A stretch of 64,000 nucleotides of DNA from positions 9,978 through 73,977 of the forward strand of contig JAFTCA010000080.1 in NCBI GenBank assembly GCA_017454945.1. Reading direction: 5' to 3'. Made by a program: the position numbers and the translations under genes. Below the pieces are notes generated by a model. The model made no database searches, was not told the DNA's origin, and worked only from the letters and a program-made list of their open reading frames with translations. How positions within the stretch are numbered: the first letter of the stretch is position 1; each line of letters begins with the position of its first letter. The stretch comes from Bacteroidales bacterium (GTDB lineage Bacteria > Bacteroidota > Bacteroidia > Bacteroidales > WCHB1-69). Below are positions 1-9,035 of this stretch, in pieces.

Positions 1-156
1 GCCGGCAATGAACTCTTCGGCGTGAACGACAGTGTGCTGCCCTATTGCAACGGTGCCATTGAGATTCCGCAAAAAGGCACCAAACACTCATTTAATGTAT
101 CCATCGCCACAGGAATTGTTATCTGGCACATTTTCAATATCTTACAAAAGTATTGA
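1..156 (+). CDS. C-terminal fragment of a SpoU/TrmH-family RNA 2'-O-methyltransferase (5' end outside window)
   Basis: Frame +1 is open from base 1 to TGA at 154-156. The translation GNELFGVNDSVLPYCNGAIEIPQKGTKHSFNVSIATGIVIWHIFNILQKY resembles the SpoU C-terminal motifs (G.E..G, IP..G...S-NVS.A.GI). It is absent from the ORF track because it has no start in the window. Confidence 0.6.
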   Translation, partial: AGNELFGVNDSVLPYCNGAIEIPQKGTKHSFNVSIATGIVIWHIFNILQKY

Positions 157-187
157 GAGAAAAAATTTGTTAAATGAAAAAAACTCG

Positions 188-195
188 TACTTTTG
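188..195 (+). promoter_or_regulatory. Bacteroidota -7 box (TActTTTG) for topA
   Basis: TACTTTTG matches the TAnnTTTG consensus 33 nt upstream of ATG 228. It lies downstream of the track's ATG 174, which argues against that start. Confidence 0.5.
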
Positions 196-227
196 CAAAC
201 CTTTTCAAACCAACAAAAAGACAGAAT

Positions 228-2723
228 ATGAGCAAGGATTTGATTATTGTTGAGTCACCCGCGAAAGCCAAAACCATTCAGAAATTCATAGGCAAAGAGT
301 TTGACGTTATCTCAAGCAAAGGACACATCCGCGATTTGCCACAAAAAGATATAGGTATCGACATTGAGAACTCGTTTACTCCAAAATACGAAATCATCGA
401 CGACAAGAAAAAACTGATACAAGAGATCAAGAAGTTGTCGGAAAAAGCCGACACTGTTTGGTTGGCAACTGATGATGACCGTGAGGGTGAAGCCATTTCG
501 TGGCATTTGATTGACACCGTTAAGATTCCTGCTGACAAAGTAAAACGCATTGTATTTCACGAGATTACCAAGTCGGCTATTGACAACGCCTTGGCTCATC
601 CCCGCCAGCTGGATGTTAATCTGGTGAACGCCCAACAGGCACGCCGTGTGCTCGACCGCCTGGTAGGTTTTGAGTTGTCGCCCGTGCTGTGGCACAAAGT
701 GAAACCTCAACTGTCGGCCGGCCGCGTGCAATCAGTCACTGTAAAACTGATTGTGGAACGCGAGCGCGAAATCAACCAATTCAAGACCACCTCTTCGTAC
801 AAAGTGGGCGGCACCTTCACCTCCGTTCTGGATAAGAGCCATACGCTGAAAGCCGACCTGAACAAGAAATTCAACACGAAAGAAGAGGCTGTTGCTTTCC
901 TGGAAGATTGCAAGAACATCGAGGCCTTCACCATCGACAGCATTGAGACCAATCCCAGCAAAAAGTCGCCAGCACCACCCTTCACCACCTCCACCCTGCA
1001 ACAGGAGGCTTCCCGCAAGTTGGGATTCCCCGTGAAGAAAACCATGATGGTAGCACAACAGCTGTACGAAGCCGGTTACATTACCTACATGCGTACCGAC
1101 TCGGTTAACCTGTCATCTTTGGCCCTGAACACCGCCAAAGAGGAAATCACCAAATTGTACGGTGCCGACTATGCGCACACGCGCAAGTATGTCACCAAGA
1201 GCAAAGGGGCACAGGAAGCGCACGAAGCCATCCGCCCCACATTCCTGTCGAATCACACTATTGACGGTGACAAGGATGCCAAAAAGTTGTACGAACTGAT
1301 TTGGCGTCGTACCATCGCCTCTCAAATGAGCGATGCCAAAATTGAAAAGACCGAAATCAGAATCCCCGTGGATGGTCGCAGCGAACAGTTCGTTTCGACT
1401 GGAGAAGTTGTTCTCTTCCAAGGCTTTCTGAAAGTATATATCGAATCCAAGGACGAAGAAGAGGAGACGGATAAGGAATTCCTCTCGCCCGTAAAAAAAG
1501 GCGAAAAGTTGTATGCCAACGAAATTTCGGCCGTACAGAAATTCTCTCAACCTCCTTTGCGTTACACTGAAGCCAGTCTGGTAAAGAAAATGGAAGAATT
1601 AGGCATTGGCCGTCCCTCGACCTACGCTCCCACCATCACCACCATCCAAGACAGACAATATGTGGAGAAGAAGAGCCTTCCGGGCCAAGAAAGAGATTAT
1701 TGCCAGATTACACTGAAAAACAAGGCAATAAAGGAAACCGTTAAGAAAGAAAAATATGGTATGGAGAAAGACAAACTCTTCCCTACCGATATTGGATATG
1801 TAGTCAACGACTTTCTGCAGAAGAACTTCGGCCAGATTATGGACTATGGCTTCACCGCCGATGTGGAGAAGGAATTCGATGACATTGCCGAAGGGTCAGT
1901 GGAATGGCAGAAGATGATGACCGATTTCTACCATCACTTCCACCCCACCATTGAAGAAGCCATGACGCACTCGGCCAAAGCCAGCGGCGAAAGACTGCTC
2001 GGCAAGGATCCGAAAACTGGCGAGAATGTGTACGCCAAGTTAGGCAAGTACGGCCCCATGGCACAAATTGGCGAGGTTAGCGACGACAAGAAACCGAAAT
2101 ATGCACGACTGAAAAAGACCCAATCCATCGACAACATCACGCTGGAAGAGGCTCTCGAACTCTTCAAGTTACCACGCGTCGTTGGCAAGTACGAAGGTGC
2201 AGACATCACCATCGGCATCGGCAAATTCGGACCTTATATCCGCTACGACAACAAGTTTGTCACTTTGCCCAAGGAAGATGAGCCGACGGAGGTTTCCTAC
2301 GAAAGATGCCTCGAACTGATAGAACAGAAAAAGAAGACCGACGCCGAGCGCGCACCGCACAGCATCGGCATGTACAACGGCCTGGAAATCGTGGCCGCAG
2401 TCGGCAAATATGGTCCTTACCTCAAATACAACAACAAGAATTATACTTTAGGTAAAGGATTTAATATCAATGAAATAACTCTCGATAAAGCCATTGAGTT
2501 ATTGGGACAGAACAGCAATAAGAACGTGATTGCCACCTTTGCTGAAGACGAGAATATTAAAGTGATGAACGGTCACTACGGAGCCTATCTTACCAACGGA
2601 AGCAACAATTTCAAAATCCCGAAAGACAAGAATCCCGAGACACTCACTTACGCCGACTGCTTACAAATCATGTCCACCATTGCCCCTTCCGCTAAAAAAC
2701 GAGGCAGCACTCGCAAGAAATAA
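228..2723 (+). CDS. topA: DNA topoisomerase I
   Basis: TOPRIM N-terminus MSKDLIIVESPAKAKTI, active-site tyrosine context YITYMRTDS, and four Cys-less C-terminal GK(F/Y)GPY repeats. Start moved from 174 to ATG 228 because of the -7 box position and the typical TopA N-terminus. Confidence 0.95.
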   Translation: MSKDLIIVESPAKAKTIQKFIGKEFDVISSKGHIRDLPQKDIGIDIENSFTPKYEIIDDKKKLIQEIKKLSEKADTVWLATDDDREGEAISWHLIDTVKIPADKVKRIVFHEITKSAIDNALAHPRQLDVNLVNAQQARRVLDRLVGFELSPVLWHKVKPQLSAGRVQSVTVKLIVEREREINQFKTTSSYKVGGTFTSVLDKSHTLKADLNKKFNTKEEAVAFLEDCKNIEAFTIDSIETNPSKKSPAPPFTTSTLQQEASRKLGFPVKKTMMVAQQLYEAGYITYMRTDSVNLSSLALNTAKEEITKLYGADYAHTRKYVTKSKGAQEAHEAIRPTFLSNHTIDGDKDAKKLYELIWRRTIASQMSDAKIEKTEIRIPVDGRSEQFVSTGEVVLFQGFLKVYIESKDEEEETDKEFLSPVKKGEKLYANEISAVQKFSQPPLRYTEASLVKKMEELGIGRPSTYAPTITTIQDRQYVEKKSLPGQERDYCQITLKNKAIKETVKKEKYGMEKDKLFPTDIGYVVNDFLQKNFGQIMDYGFTADVEKEFDDIAEGSVEWQKMMTDFYHHFHPTIEEAMTHSAKASGERLLGKDPKTGENVYAKLGKYGPMAQIGEVSDDKKPKYARLKKTQSIDNITLEEALELFKLPRVVGKYEGADITIGIGKFGPYIRYDNKFVTLPKEDEPTEVSYERCLELIEQKKKTDAERAPHSIGMYNGLEIVAAVGKYGPYLKYNNKNYTLGKGFNINEITLDKAIELLGQNSNKNVIATFAEDENIKVMNGHYGAYLTNGSNNFKIPKDKNPETLTYADCLQIMSTIAPSAKKRGSTRKK

Positions 2724-2755
2724 TACAAGGTTAAACCATTGTAAAACATATTGTT

Positions 2756-4045
2756 ATGAGAGCTTTGCTGTCAGGTTTACTGCTATTCTGCACTGTAGGA
2801 TTGTTTGCGCAGAATTTTGACGACTACTTCAGCCAGCGCACATTACGCATCGACTACCTGCACATTGGCAATAAACATCAGGAGGCGGTAGAGATTTCTG
2901 CCTACAAAACCCGCGAGGGCTGGACGGGCACGCGACAATTTCTCATCGAGCCCAACCGCTACGGTGACGTGCTGTTCGAAGCATTCGACTCGCTGACCAT
3001 GATTCCCATCTACAGCCGGAGCTATTCCTGCCTTTTCAACGAATACCGCACAACCGTTGAAGGCGAAACCATCGTGGACACCTTTGAGGAGTGCATCAAC
3101 ATGCCGATGCCCAAACAGACCATCCTCTACAGATTTTCCTCATTTGACCGATATAAGAAAAAGACCCAATTATACGAGGGCTATTTCAATCCCAAGCATG
3201 AACTCATGAGTTCAACTCCCTCCAAGCCATATCAAATGATGGACTTGCAAGTGATGGATTTGCATATCGGTGGCAAGGCTGAGGATTGTCTCGACATTCT
3301 CTTTATTCCAGATGGTTACTCTAAAGATGACAAAGAGCTGATGAAGAGCGACATGCGCAGATTCTGTTCTTACATTATGAACTGCTCACCTTACAAAGAA
3401 CTGGCCGAGCATGTCAACATTCGCGCCATTAAAGGCTATTCAGAAGAGTCGGGTATCACCAACCCCAACACGAACACTTTCCGTAAAACCTTGTTGAACA
3501 GCAGTTTCAATACAATAAACCTGGATCGTTATTTGATGTGCCTTCACGTTTGGAAACTCAACGACATTGCTGACTTGGCACCACATGATGTCATTGTCAT
3601 CATTGCCAATACAGCCAAATACGGCGGCGGTGGCATCTTCAACTTCTACTGTACAGTCAACAACATCGGCACCCACTCCGACTATGTAATCGTCCATGAG
3701 TTGGGCCATTTACTGGGCGGTTTGGCCGACGAGTACTACACTTCGGAAGTGTCAGTACGCGACTACTACCCCGAAGGGGTGGAACCCGTTGAACCCAACC
3801 TGACCACGCTGGTCGATTTTGACAACAAATGGAAAAGACTCGTCTCAAGCGACACCCCCATTCCGACTCCTGCCACGCCCGCTTACCGCGAGACAACCGG
3901 CGTGTTTGAAGGTGGCGGCTATGTAGCCAAAGGTGTCTTCCGTCCCTGCCAAAAATGCACAATGAAAGACTTGCTATACAACCACTTCTGCCCCGTATGC
4001 AAACAGACGCTGATAGAGGTGATAAAGTATTATACGAATGACTAA
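2756..4045 (+). CDS. Secreted M64-family (IgA-protease-like) zinc metallopeptidase
   Basis: N-terminal signal peptide (LLLFCTVGLFAQ), HExxH-type motif VHELGHLLGGLADEYY, and size and N-domain typical of peptidase M64. Confidence 0.75.
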   Translation: MRALLSGLLLFCTVGLFAQNFDDYFSQRTLRIDYLHIGNKHQEAVEISAYKTREGWTGTRQFLIEPNRYGDVLFEAFDSLTMIPIYSRSYSCLFNEYRTTVEGETIVDTFEECINMPMPKQTILYRFSSFDRYKKKTQLYEGYFNPKHELMSSTPSKPYQMMDLQVMDLHIGGKAEDCLDILFIPDGYSKDDKELMKSDMRRFCSYIMNCSPYKELAEHVNIRAIKGYSEESGITNPNTNTFRKTLLNSSFNTINLDRYLMCLHVWKLNDIADLAPHDVIVIIANTAKYGGGGIFNFYCTVNNIGTHSDYVIVHELGHLLGGLADEYYTSEVSVRDYYPEGVEPVEPNLTTLVDFDNKWKRLVSSDTPIPTPATPAYRETTGVFEGGGYVAKGVFRPCQKCTMKDLLYNHFCPVCKQTLIEVIKYYTND

Positions 4046-4047
4046 GA

Positions 4048-4198
4048 GTGAGAAGTGAGAAGTGAGGAGTGAGAAGTGAGAAGTTAAGAATTATGGAGTT
4101 ATGGAATTTGTTCTTTGTTTTTTGTTTTTTAATTGTGCATTGTGAATCGTGAATTGAATCATCATTATACATTGTAAATTATAAATTATAAACTATAA
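4048..4198. repeat. Cascade of five consecutive short tandem-repeat blocks (units 7-8 nt) filling the intergenic spacer
   Basis: (GTGAGAA)x5 with one GTGAGGA variant at 4048-4082, TTATGGAG/TTATGGAA at 4091-4106, TTTGTTC/TTTGTTT/TTTGTTT at 4107-4127, ATTGTG/ATTGTG/ATCGTG at 4132-4151, and ATTGTAA/ATTATAA/ATTATAA/ACTATAA at 4171-4198. Confidence 0.85.
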
Positions 4199-4202
4199 CG
4201 CT

Positions 4203-5108
4203 ATGAACATCACAAAATTAGATCAAGTTGTCGAATTGGTGAAAAGCCGTCCTGCCAAGCGTTTGGTAGCCGCTTACGCCAATGACGCCCACACCATCGA
4301 AGCTGTCAACAACGCTGTTGACATGGGCATTGTAAAAGCCACGCTGGTTGGCGACAAAGCCACCATTGAGAACGTGTGCAAAGAGCTGAACATCGATACC
4401 GCCAAGTTCAACATCATCCAAGAAAGCGACGCCAACAAAGCCGCCGCCAAGGCCTGCGAACTCATCAATAACGGTGAAGGTGACATCCTGATGAAAGGAT
4501 TGCTCTCAACCGACAAGTACATGCACGCCATTTTGGACAAAGAAAAAGGCCTCTGCCCTCCGAAGGTTACCTTGGCTCACATTGCAGTCATCGAAAACCC
4601 TCAATACCATAAGCTGCTGATTGTCAGCGATTGCGCTATCCTGCCGCTGCCCGACCTGAAACAGAAGCAGACCTTGCTGAAATATGTGACCAAAACTGCC
4701 AAGACTATCGGCGTAGAGAAGCCCAAAGTAGCTATGGTTTGCGCAACCGAGCAAATGCTGGCCGGACTGCCCGCCTGCGTAGATGCCGCCATCATTGCAA
4801 AAATGGCCGACCGCGGTGTGTTCCCCGACTGCCTGGTTGACGGACCTCTCTCTATCGACCTCGCTCTGGACGCTGAGACCGTGGCCATCAAGAAACTGGC
4901 CAGCCCCGTGGCCGGTGATGCCGACTGCTTGGTATTCCCCAACTTGGAGAGCGCCAACGTCTTCTACAAATGCTGTACCAAGTTCGACCACGCCGAAATC
5001 GGCGCCATGCTAATGGGAGCCAAAGCCCCGTGCGTGCTCTCGTCACGCGGCGACACCGCCAAAACCAAATTGTACTCAATCGCCATTGCTGCCATTATGG
5101 CAAAATAA
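4203..5108 (+). CDS. ptb: Phosphate acetyl/butyryltransferase family protein (Ptb-like)
   Basis: 301 aa, with the length and overall pattern of the PTA_PTB family (ptb-type, no N-terminal extension). No butyrate kinase gene is adjacent. Confidence 0.7.
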   Translation: MNITKLDQVVELVKSRPAKRLVAAYANDAHTIEAVNNAVDMGIVKATLVGDKATIENVCKELNIDTAKFNIIQESDANKAAAKACELINNGEGDILMKGLLSTDKYMHAILDKEKGLCPPKVTLAHIAVIENPQYHKLLIVSDCAILPLPDLKQKQTLLKYVTKTAKTIGVEKPKVAMVCATEQMLAGLPACVDAAIIAKMADRGVFPDCLVDGPLSIDLALDAETVAIKKLASPVAGDADCLVFPNLESANVFYKCCTKFDHAEIGAMLMGAKAPCVLSSRGDTAKTKLYSIAIAAIMAK

Positions 5109-5112
5109 CAAT

Positions 5113-5148
5113 AAAAAAGGAGGAGCGATGCTCCTCCTTTTTTTTATT
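5113..5148. terminator. Bidirectional rho-independent terminator between convergent genes
   Basis: AAAAAA-GGAGGAG-cgatg-CTCCTCC-TTTTTTTT. The stem is flanked by an A-run and a T-run and overlaps the stop of the minus-strand gene. Confidence 0.75.
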
Positions 5149-7219
5149 CTTCTGCTTCATCAAGCATCGAAGCAGGCAGCTTCACGCCAAAGGAGAGAAC
5201 CGACTTCCCTTTGGGCGTTTTTTTATCCTCCACAGGCAACATCTCCACACTCGATTCATCAATACCCTGCGTGGCAAAATAATTCTTCAGCATCATATTA
5301 TGATGGTCCACACTGCGCTGAATAGCCTCAGCCACCGCTAAACTGTCGGTCGTGGACAGCTGGCGCGCAAACTGCTCGCGTGCCTCTGCCATATTCACCG
5401 ACTGCTGCAGTGTAAGAATCATCTCAGGCTTGGCCCTCATCACCTCAATGATGGAATTGAGCCGAGCGTAAGTCTCCGATGACAAACTCCTCTCTGTCAG
5501 CACGTAAGGCACATCAGCAAAGGTATCTTCAGAACCACCGCAAGCTTTGATAATCATATCAATAGGACTGGCAACGACCTTAACCAAAAAATTAATCAGC
5601 GTTTTGAAGATAATCTTCTTGAAAGAAAAATTCGGTGAAGTGATATCGCCGCTGACGGGCAAATCGATGGCAATCTTATCCTTACGGTCCGACAGCACAT
5701 AGACGGCTGCCTTCAATGGAATATTGTACTCGGGCTTCATACCCGTCATTTTACTGCCCACTGTGCACTTGTATATGTCCACCTTGTTCTCGCTGTCGAT
5801 AAAATTGTTTTTAATAACGTCCTTTGTCGAAAACGAAAGCAAGCCTCCCGTGATAGGATATGCCAGATAATGAACGCTGAAAGGCGAGAAGTCTTTCAGT
5901 TTCACATTCTGAATCATCACTCTGAAGTTCTGGTTAGACATGTCAGCCAGACTGCCCTTCCAGTTGCCCATCAGCTGCCCACCGTCGCCGACAACGGCCT
6001 TCAGACGAGCCTCAAACGGGGTGTTCAACGACATATCGTTGGCCGAAACCGTAATGCCTGTTATTGGTAACGTGAAAGTCTCTTTGAGCGTACGGTCAAC
6101 ATAGGTCACCGAAGACCCGGAAAGAGCCACTTTGCCGATGCGCAAATCCATAGGCTGTGATTTCACCGTATCCTCTGATACCGTCTCCTTCGCAGGTTTC
6201 TTCTTCAAAGTGTCGCGTTTTACCAACAGTTGCGAAATCGTATTCGACGAACCGTCGGTCTCATACACAAATCTTAAGCCCGACACATTCACCTCGTCAA
6301 AATAGAACTTCTTATTGCGGGTATCAATTTCTCCCACGTTCACTTTGACTTGGCCAATGCCGGCCAGTTCCTTTTGCTCTTGAGTATTGACAACCAGATT
6401 ATTAAGGGCGACATTACCTTTGGCTACAATATCTAGAATGTGTTCCAGACAGCCTATCACCTGCAGATTAGCGGTCAGCTTGCCATTGAAATCACCAATG
6501 TTGAGAAACTCCTTGAGGTAAGGTTTGGCCATCGCCACCGAGAATTCTTTTAGGGCTATATGCAAATCATAGTTGTTATCCTCAAGGCCGTACAAAAGCT
6601 TGACAGCCAAGTCACCGCCATCGGCAAACTTGAGGTTAAGGCCTATGTCGCTTCGCCGTTCCCCACTAAAGTAGAGACGGGGCACCTCCAGCGACAGGTC
6701 GCGGGTGTCAAATTTACTATCGCGCTGTAAGTCTCGGTAAACCACCGAGCCCCTATCCAACGTGATGTTGCGCAAATCTATAGCCCACGGCTTCTTGGGC
6801 TTCTTCTTAGGTTTGTCTTTTTTAGAAAAGCGCTTGATGATATCAGTGAAATTAAAGGTCTTCCCTTCCTGCCATATCGACACTTTGGGTTGCACCAGCG
6901 TGATTTCGGTAAGACGCACCTCCTTTGCCAGCAGTCGCCATACACTCATGTTGACCACCAACTTGTCGAACGACACAAAGTTGTCCTTATCGTTGGCTTC
7001 CAGCGCTTGCACGCCCATCAGAGAAACCTTCCCACGGAAGATATTGAGACGCACCTTATCGACATTTATCTGGCGTCCAACAATATCCTTGCTGTGATTC
7101 TTGACGTATGATTTAGCGATAGGCGGTGCTATGATATTAACCAAGATTAATACCAATAGTACACCGCCTACAACTATCAAAGGGATTTTAACTCCCTTTT
7201 TCAGAAAGAATTTCCACAT
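5144..7219 (-). CDS. DUF748/AsmA-like membrane-anchored protein
   Basis: 691 aa with one N-terminal TM helix (IPLIVVGGVLLVLILVNIIAPPI). It is followed by the N-terminal pattern I associate with DUF748 (SYVKNHSKDIVGRQINVDKVRLNIFRGKVSLMG...) and is beta-rich throughout. Confidence 0.6.
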   Translation of the reverse strand: MWKFFLKKGVKIPLIVVGGVLLVLILVNIIAPPIAKSYVKNHSKDIVGRQINVDKVRLNIFRGKVSLMGVQALEANDKDNFVSFDKLVVNMSVWRLLAKEVRLTEITLVQPKVSIWQEGKTFNFTDIIKRFSKKDKPKKKPKKPWAIDLRNITLDRGSVVYRDLQRDSKFDTRDLSLEVPRLYFSGERRSDIGLNLKFADGGDLAVKLLYGLEDNNYDLHIALKEFSVAMAKPYLKEFLNIGDFNGKLTANLQVIGCLEHILDIVAKGNVALNNLVVNTQEQKELAGIGQVKVNVGEIDTRNKKFYFDEVNVSGLRFVYETDGSSNTISQLLVKRDTLKKKPAKETVSEDTVKSQPMDLRIGKVALSGSSVTYVDRTLKETFTLPITGITVSANDMSLNTPFEARLKAVVGDGGQLMGNWKGSLADMSNQNFRVMIQNVKLKDFSPFSVHYLAYPITGGLLSFSTKDVIKNNFIDSENKVDIYKCTVGSKMTGMKPEYNIPLKAAVYVLSDRKDKIAIDLPVSGDITSPNFSFKKIIFKTLINFLVKVVASPIDMIIKACGGSEDTFADVPYVLTERSLSSETYARLNSIIEVMRAKPEMILTLQQSVNMAEAREQFARQLSTTDSLAVAEAIQRSVDHHNMMLKNYFATQGIDESSVEMLPVEDKKTPKGKSVLSFGVKLPASMLDEAEE

Positions 7220-7237
7220 GGAATTCCACTCTAACTA

Positions 7238-7873
7238 TTAGTGGAACAACTGCAGTTCGTAGTTGGCCTTGTCGATTTCGGCCTGAGTAGCTTGGATCTG
7301 TTTCTCGTTGTCAGCAATCTTCTTCTGAGTATCTTCTACTTGTTTTTGCAGTTTGGTCAGTTCCTTGTTCAAGCTTTCTTTGTTCTTGTTCAGCTGTTGA
7401 AGTTCGTTGTTCTTCATAATCAGTCTCTGATTAACTTCGTACTCTTTCAGATAAACCTTGAAAGCCTCCAAATCACGCTTGACGTTAGTGGCAATGTCAA
7501 TGTCATTGGCAGAGCTGATGAAGTTGTTGTTACCTCTCGAAACCAGAATCGTGATCTTGGGAGTTTTGGCACCTTTCTTACCAACTTCTTCCACTTTGGT
7601 GAAAATATCAAAGTTGAAATCACCATAAGGCAGATATTTCTGACCTAAATAAGCCACATAACCTTTGGTTTTGGAAGCTTTGAGATTGTTCTTGGTCTCG
7701 AATTGTTTCTGCAGAGCGCCGGTAATCAAGTCAATGCTCATGTCAGGAATTTCCATTGTAAAAGCGGGAGCTTGTACTTTATCAAAAGTAACTGTCTCTT
7801 CCTTAACTGTTTGTGCCGACAAGGTAAAAGCACAAAACATGAATGCGATTGCGCAAACTAATACCTTTTTCAT
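7238..7873 (-). CDS. Secreted hypothetical protein with C-terminal coiled coil
   Basis: Signal peptide MKKVLVCAIAFMFCAFTLSAQ. The last ~70 aa are heptad-like and K/E/Q rich. No family recognised. Confidence 0.55.
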   Translation of the reverse strand: MKKVLVCAIAFMFCAFTLSAQTVKEETVTFDKVQAPAFTMEIPDMSIDLITGALQKQFETKNNLKASKTKGYVAYLGQKYLPYGDFNFDIFTKVEEVGKKGAKTPKITILVSRGNNNFISSANDIDIATNVKRDLEAFKVYLKEYEVNQRLIMKNNELQQLNKNKESLNKELTKLQKQVEDTQKKIADNEKQIQATQAEIDKANYELQLFH

Positions 7874-7915
7874 AATTGTAATTTTTTTTAGTGGTTATAG
7901 AATCAGTTTTGTTTG

Positions 7916-7923
7916 CAAATATA
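7916..7923 (-). promoter_or_regulatory. -7 box (TAtaTTTG on minus strand) for 7238..7873
   Basis: The reverse complement of CAAATATA is TATATTTG, 43 nt upstream of the ATG. Confidence 0.45.
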
Positions 7924-7963
7924 CAAATTCTTTTTGCCTCTTGCATCAAATCAAAAAATCTTG

Positions 7964-7971
7964 TACCTTTG
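7964..7971 (+). promoter_or_regulatory. -7 box (TAccTTTG) for 8007..8990
   Basis: TACCTTTG lies 36 nt upstream of ATG 8007. Confidence 0.45.
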
Positions 7972-8006
7972 CAAAGTAAAAAAAGGAAATAACGTAGTAC
8001 ACAGCC

Positions 8007-8990
8007 ATGAAAAAAGGTATCATCATTCCAACTCTGCTACTGTGTGTTGGTATATTTCTAATTTTTTGTACCTTTTCCTGCAAGCGCAACAAAGATGCCA
8101 ACGTTGAGGTGGAACCGGAAAGTGAACCCGTAGAATATCCCGTGTCAATCATCCCCGACAACATCGCCACCAATGTGTCTGACAAGCAAGTGCTATACCC
8201 TGTATCTGAGGATTTCCTGCGCGATTTTATGCTTTTGGCCAGCCGCTACGAAGGCACGCAAGTGATGACACAAACCTCGTTTCCCACCGAATGGGGTGTG
8301 ATTATGATTGAGCGACTGCTGGAAGGCAAAGAGTTGTGGATGCTCCAGTCGGAGTCGCGCGAGTGGATATACCTGGTGGTAACCTCTGGCTTAGGAACCC
8401 AACGCATTTTGGATATCTTGCCCGTAGCTGTCAACCTGGCGGTGCAGGACAACGACATTCTCGAAACCGAAATCTGGACCACCAAGCGTGATGCCGACGG
8501 CTCCTTCCTTGTGGAAAAAACATACGAGTGGATCAAGTCGGTACCCGATGACGCCACTAAAGAGGAGTTTGCCCTGACACCCGAAATGTACAAGAAAGAG
8601 AACTATGTCACCGACAAGTACATGCTTGACGACATGGGGCGCTTCCAGTTTGTAGAGCAGGAACAAATACCTGATTACAAGGCTATTATTTTCTACTACG
8701 ACAAGCAGAACAAGCCCGAAACTTGGGACGAATTCATGCCGATGCTGCAATCGTTCTGTGAAGAGAAAGGCATCTATTTCGATGAGATCTATTCGGGATT
8801 TGACAATGTGACCATCCGCGATTTTAAGATGAATGACATCACCACGGTGGATATCACCCCTTACCTCGGTGCCAGCGAAGCAGGCATGGTGATGCTGAAA
8901 AAAGATGAGAATCCGAGAAATGTAAGTTTCGGTAGCGAAGAGAGAATGAAAATCGAAATCCGCAGATATTTCAAACTGCTTAACCAATAA
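8007..8990 (+). CDS. Hypothetical lipoprotein
   Basis: Signal/lipobox-like N-terminus (LLLCVGIFLIFCTFSCKRNK). No family recognised. Confidence 0.55.
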   Translation: MKKGIIIPTLLLCVGIFLIFCTFSCKRNKDANVEVEPESEPVEYPVSIIPDNIATNVSDKQVLYPVSEDFLRDFMLLASRYEGTQVMTQTSFPTEWGVIMIERLLEGKELWMLQSESREWIYLVVTSGLGTQRILDILPVAVNLAVQDNDILETEIWTTKRDADGSFLVEKTYEWIKSVPDDATKEEFALTPEMYKKENYVTDKYMLDDMGRFQFVEQEQIPDYKAIIFYYDKQNKPETWDEFMPMLQSFCEEKGIYFDEIYSGFDNVTIRDFKMNDITTVDITPYLGASEAGMVMLKKDENPRNVSFGSEERMKIEIRRYFKLLNQ

Positions 8991-9035
8991 GAATTTAAAA
9001 TCTAATAATAATCATAAAATCAACAAACTATCATC

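Noticed and set aside
174-227. N-terminal extensions offered by the ORF track (topA 174, AddB-like 18750, DUF2520 22504, GT 11119, galK 36755, TBDR 40496, ddl 53944, four-helix 62648, hypothetical 30846, porin 46029)
   Set aside because: In each case the extension overlaps a TAnnTTTG -7 box or a terminator hairpin, or it uses a non-ATG codon. A downstream ATG gives the family-typical N-terminus or signal peptide.
3657-4172. 171-aa minus-strand ORF covering the repeat cascade and the 3' end of the M64 peptidase gene
   Set aside because: Its N-terminal part is just the translated tandem repeats (LLTPHFSLLTLSH). The rest is antisense to the M64 gene.
4048-4198. Possible CRISPR array
   Set aside because: The repeat units are only 7-8 nt and directly adjacent, with no spacers. 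No cas genes are in the window.
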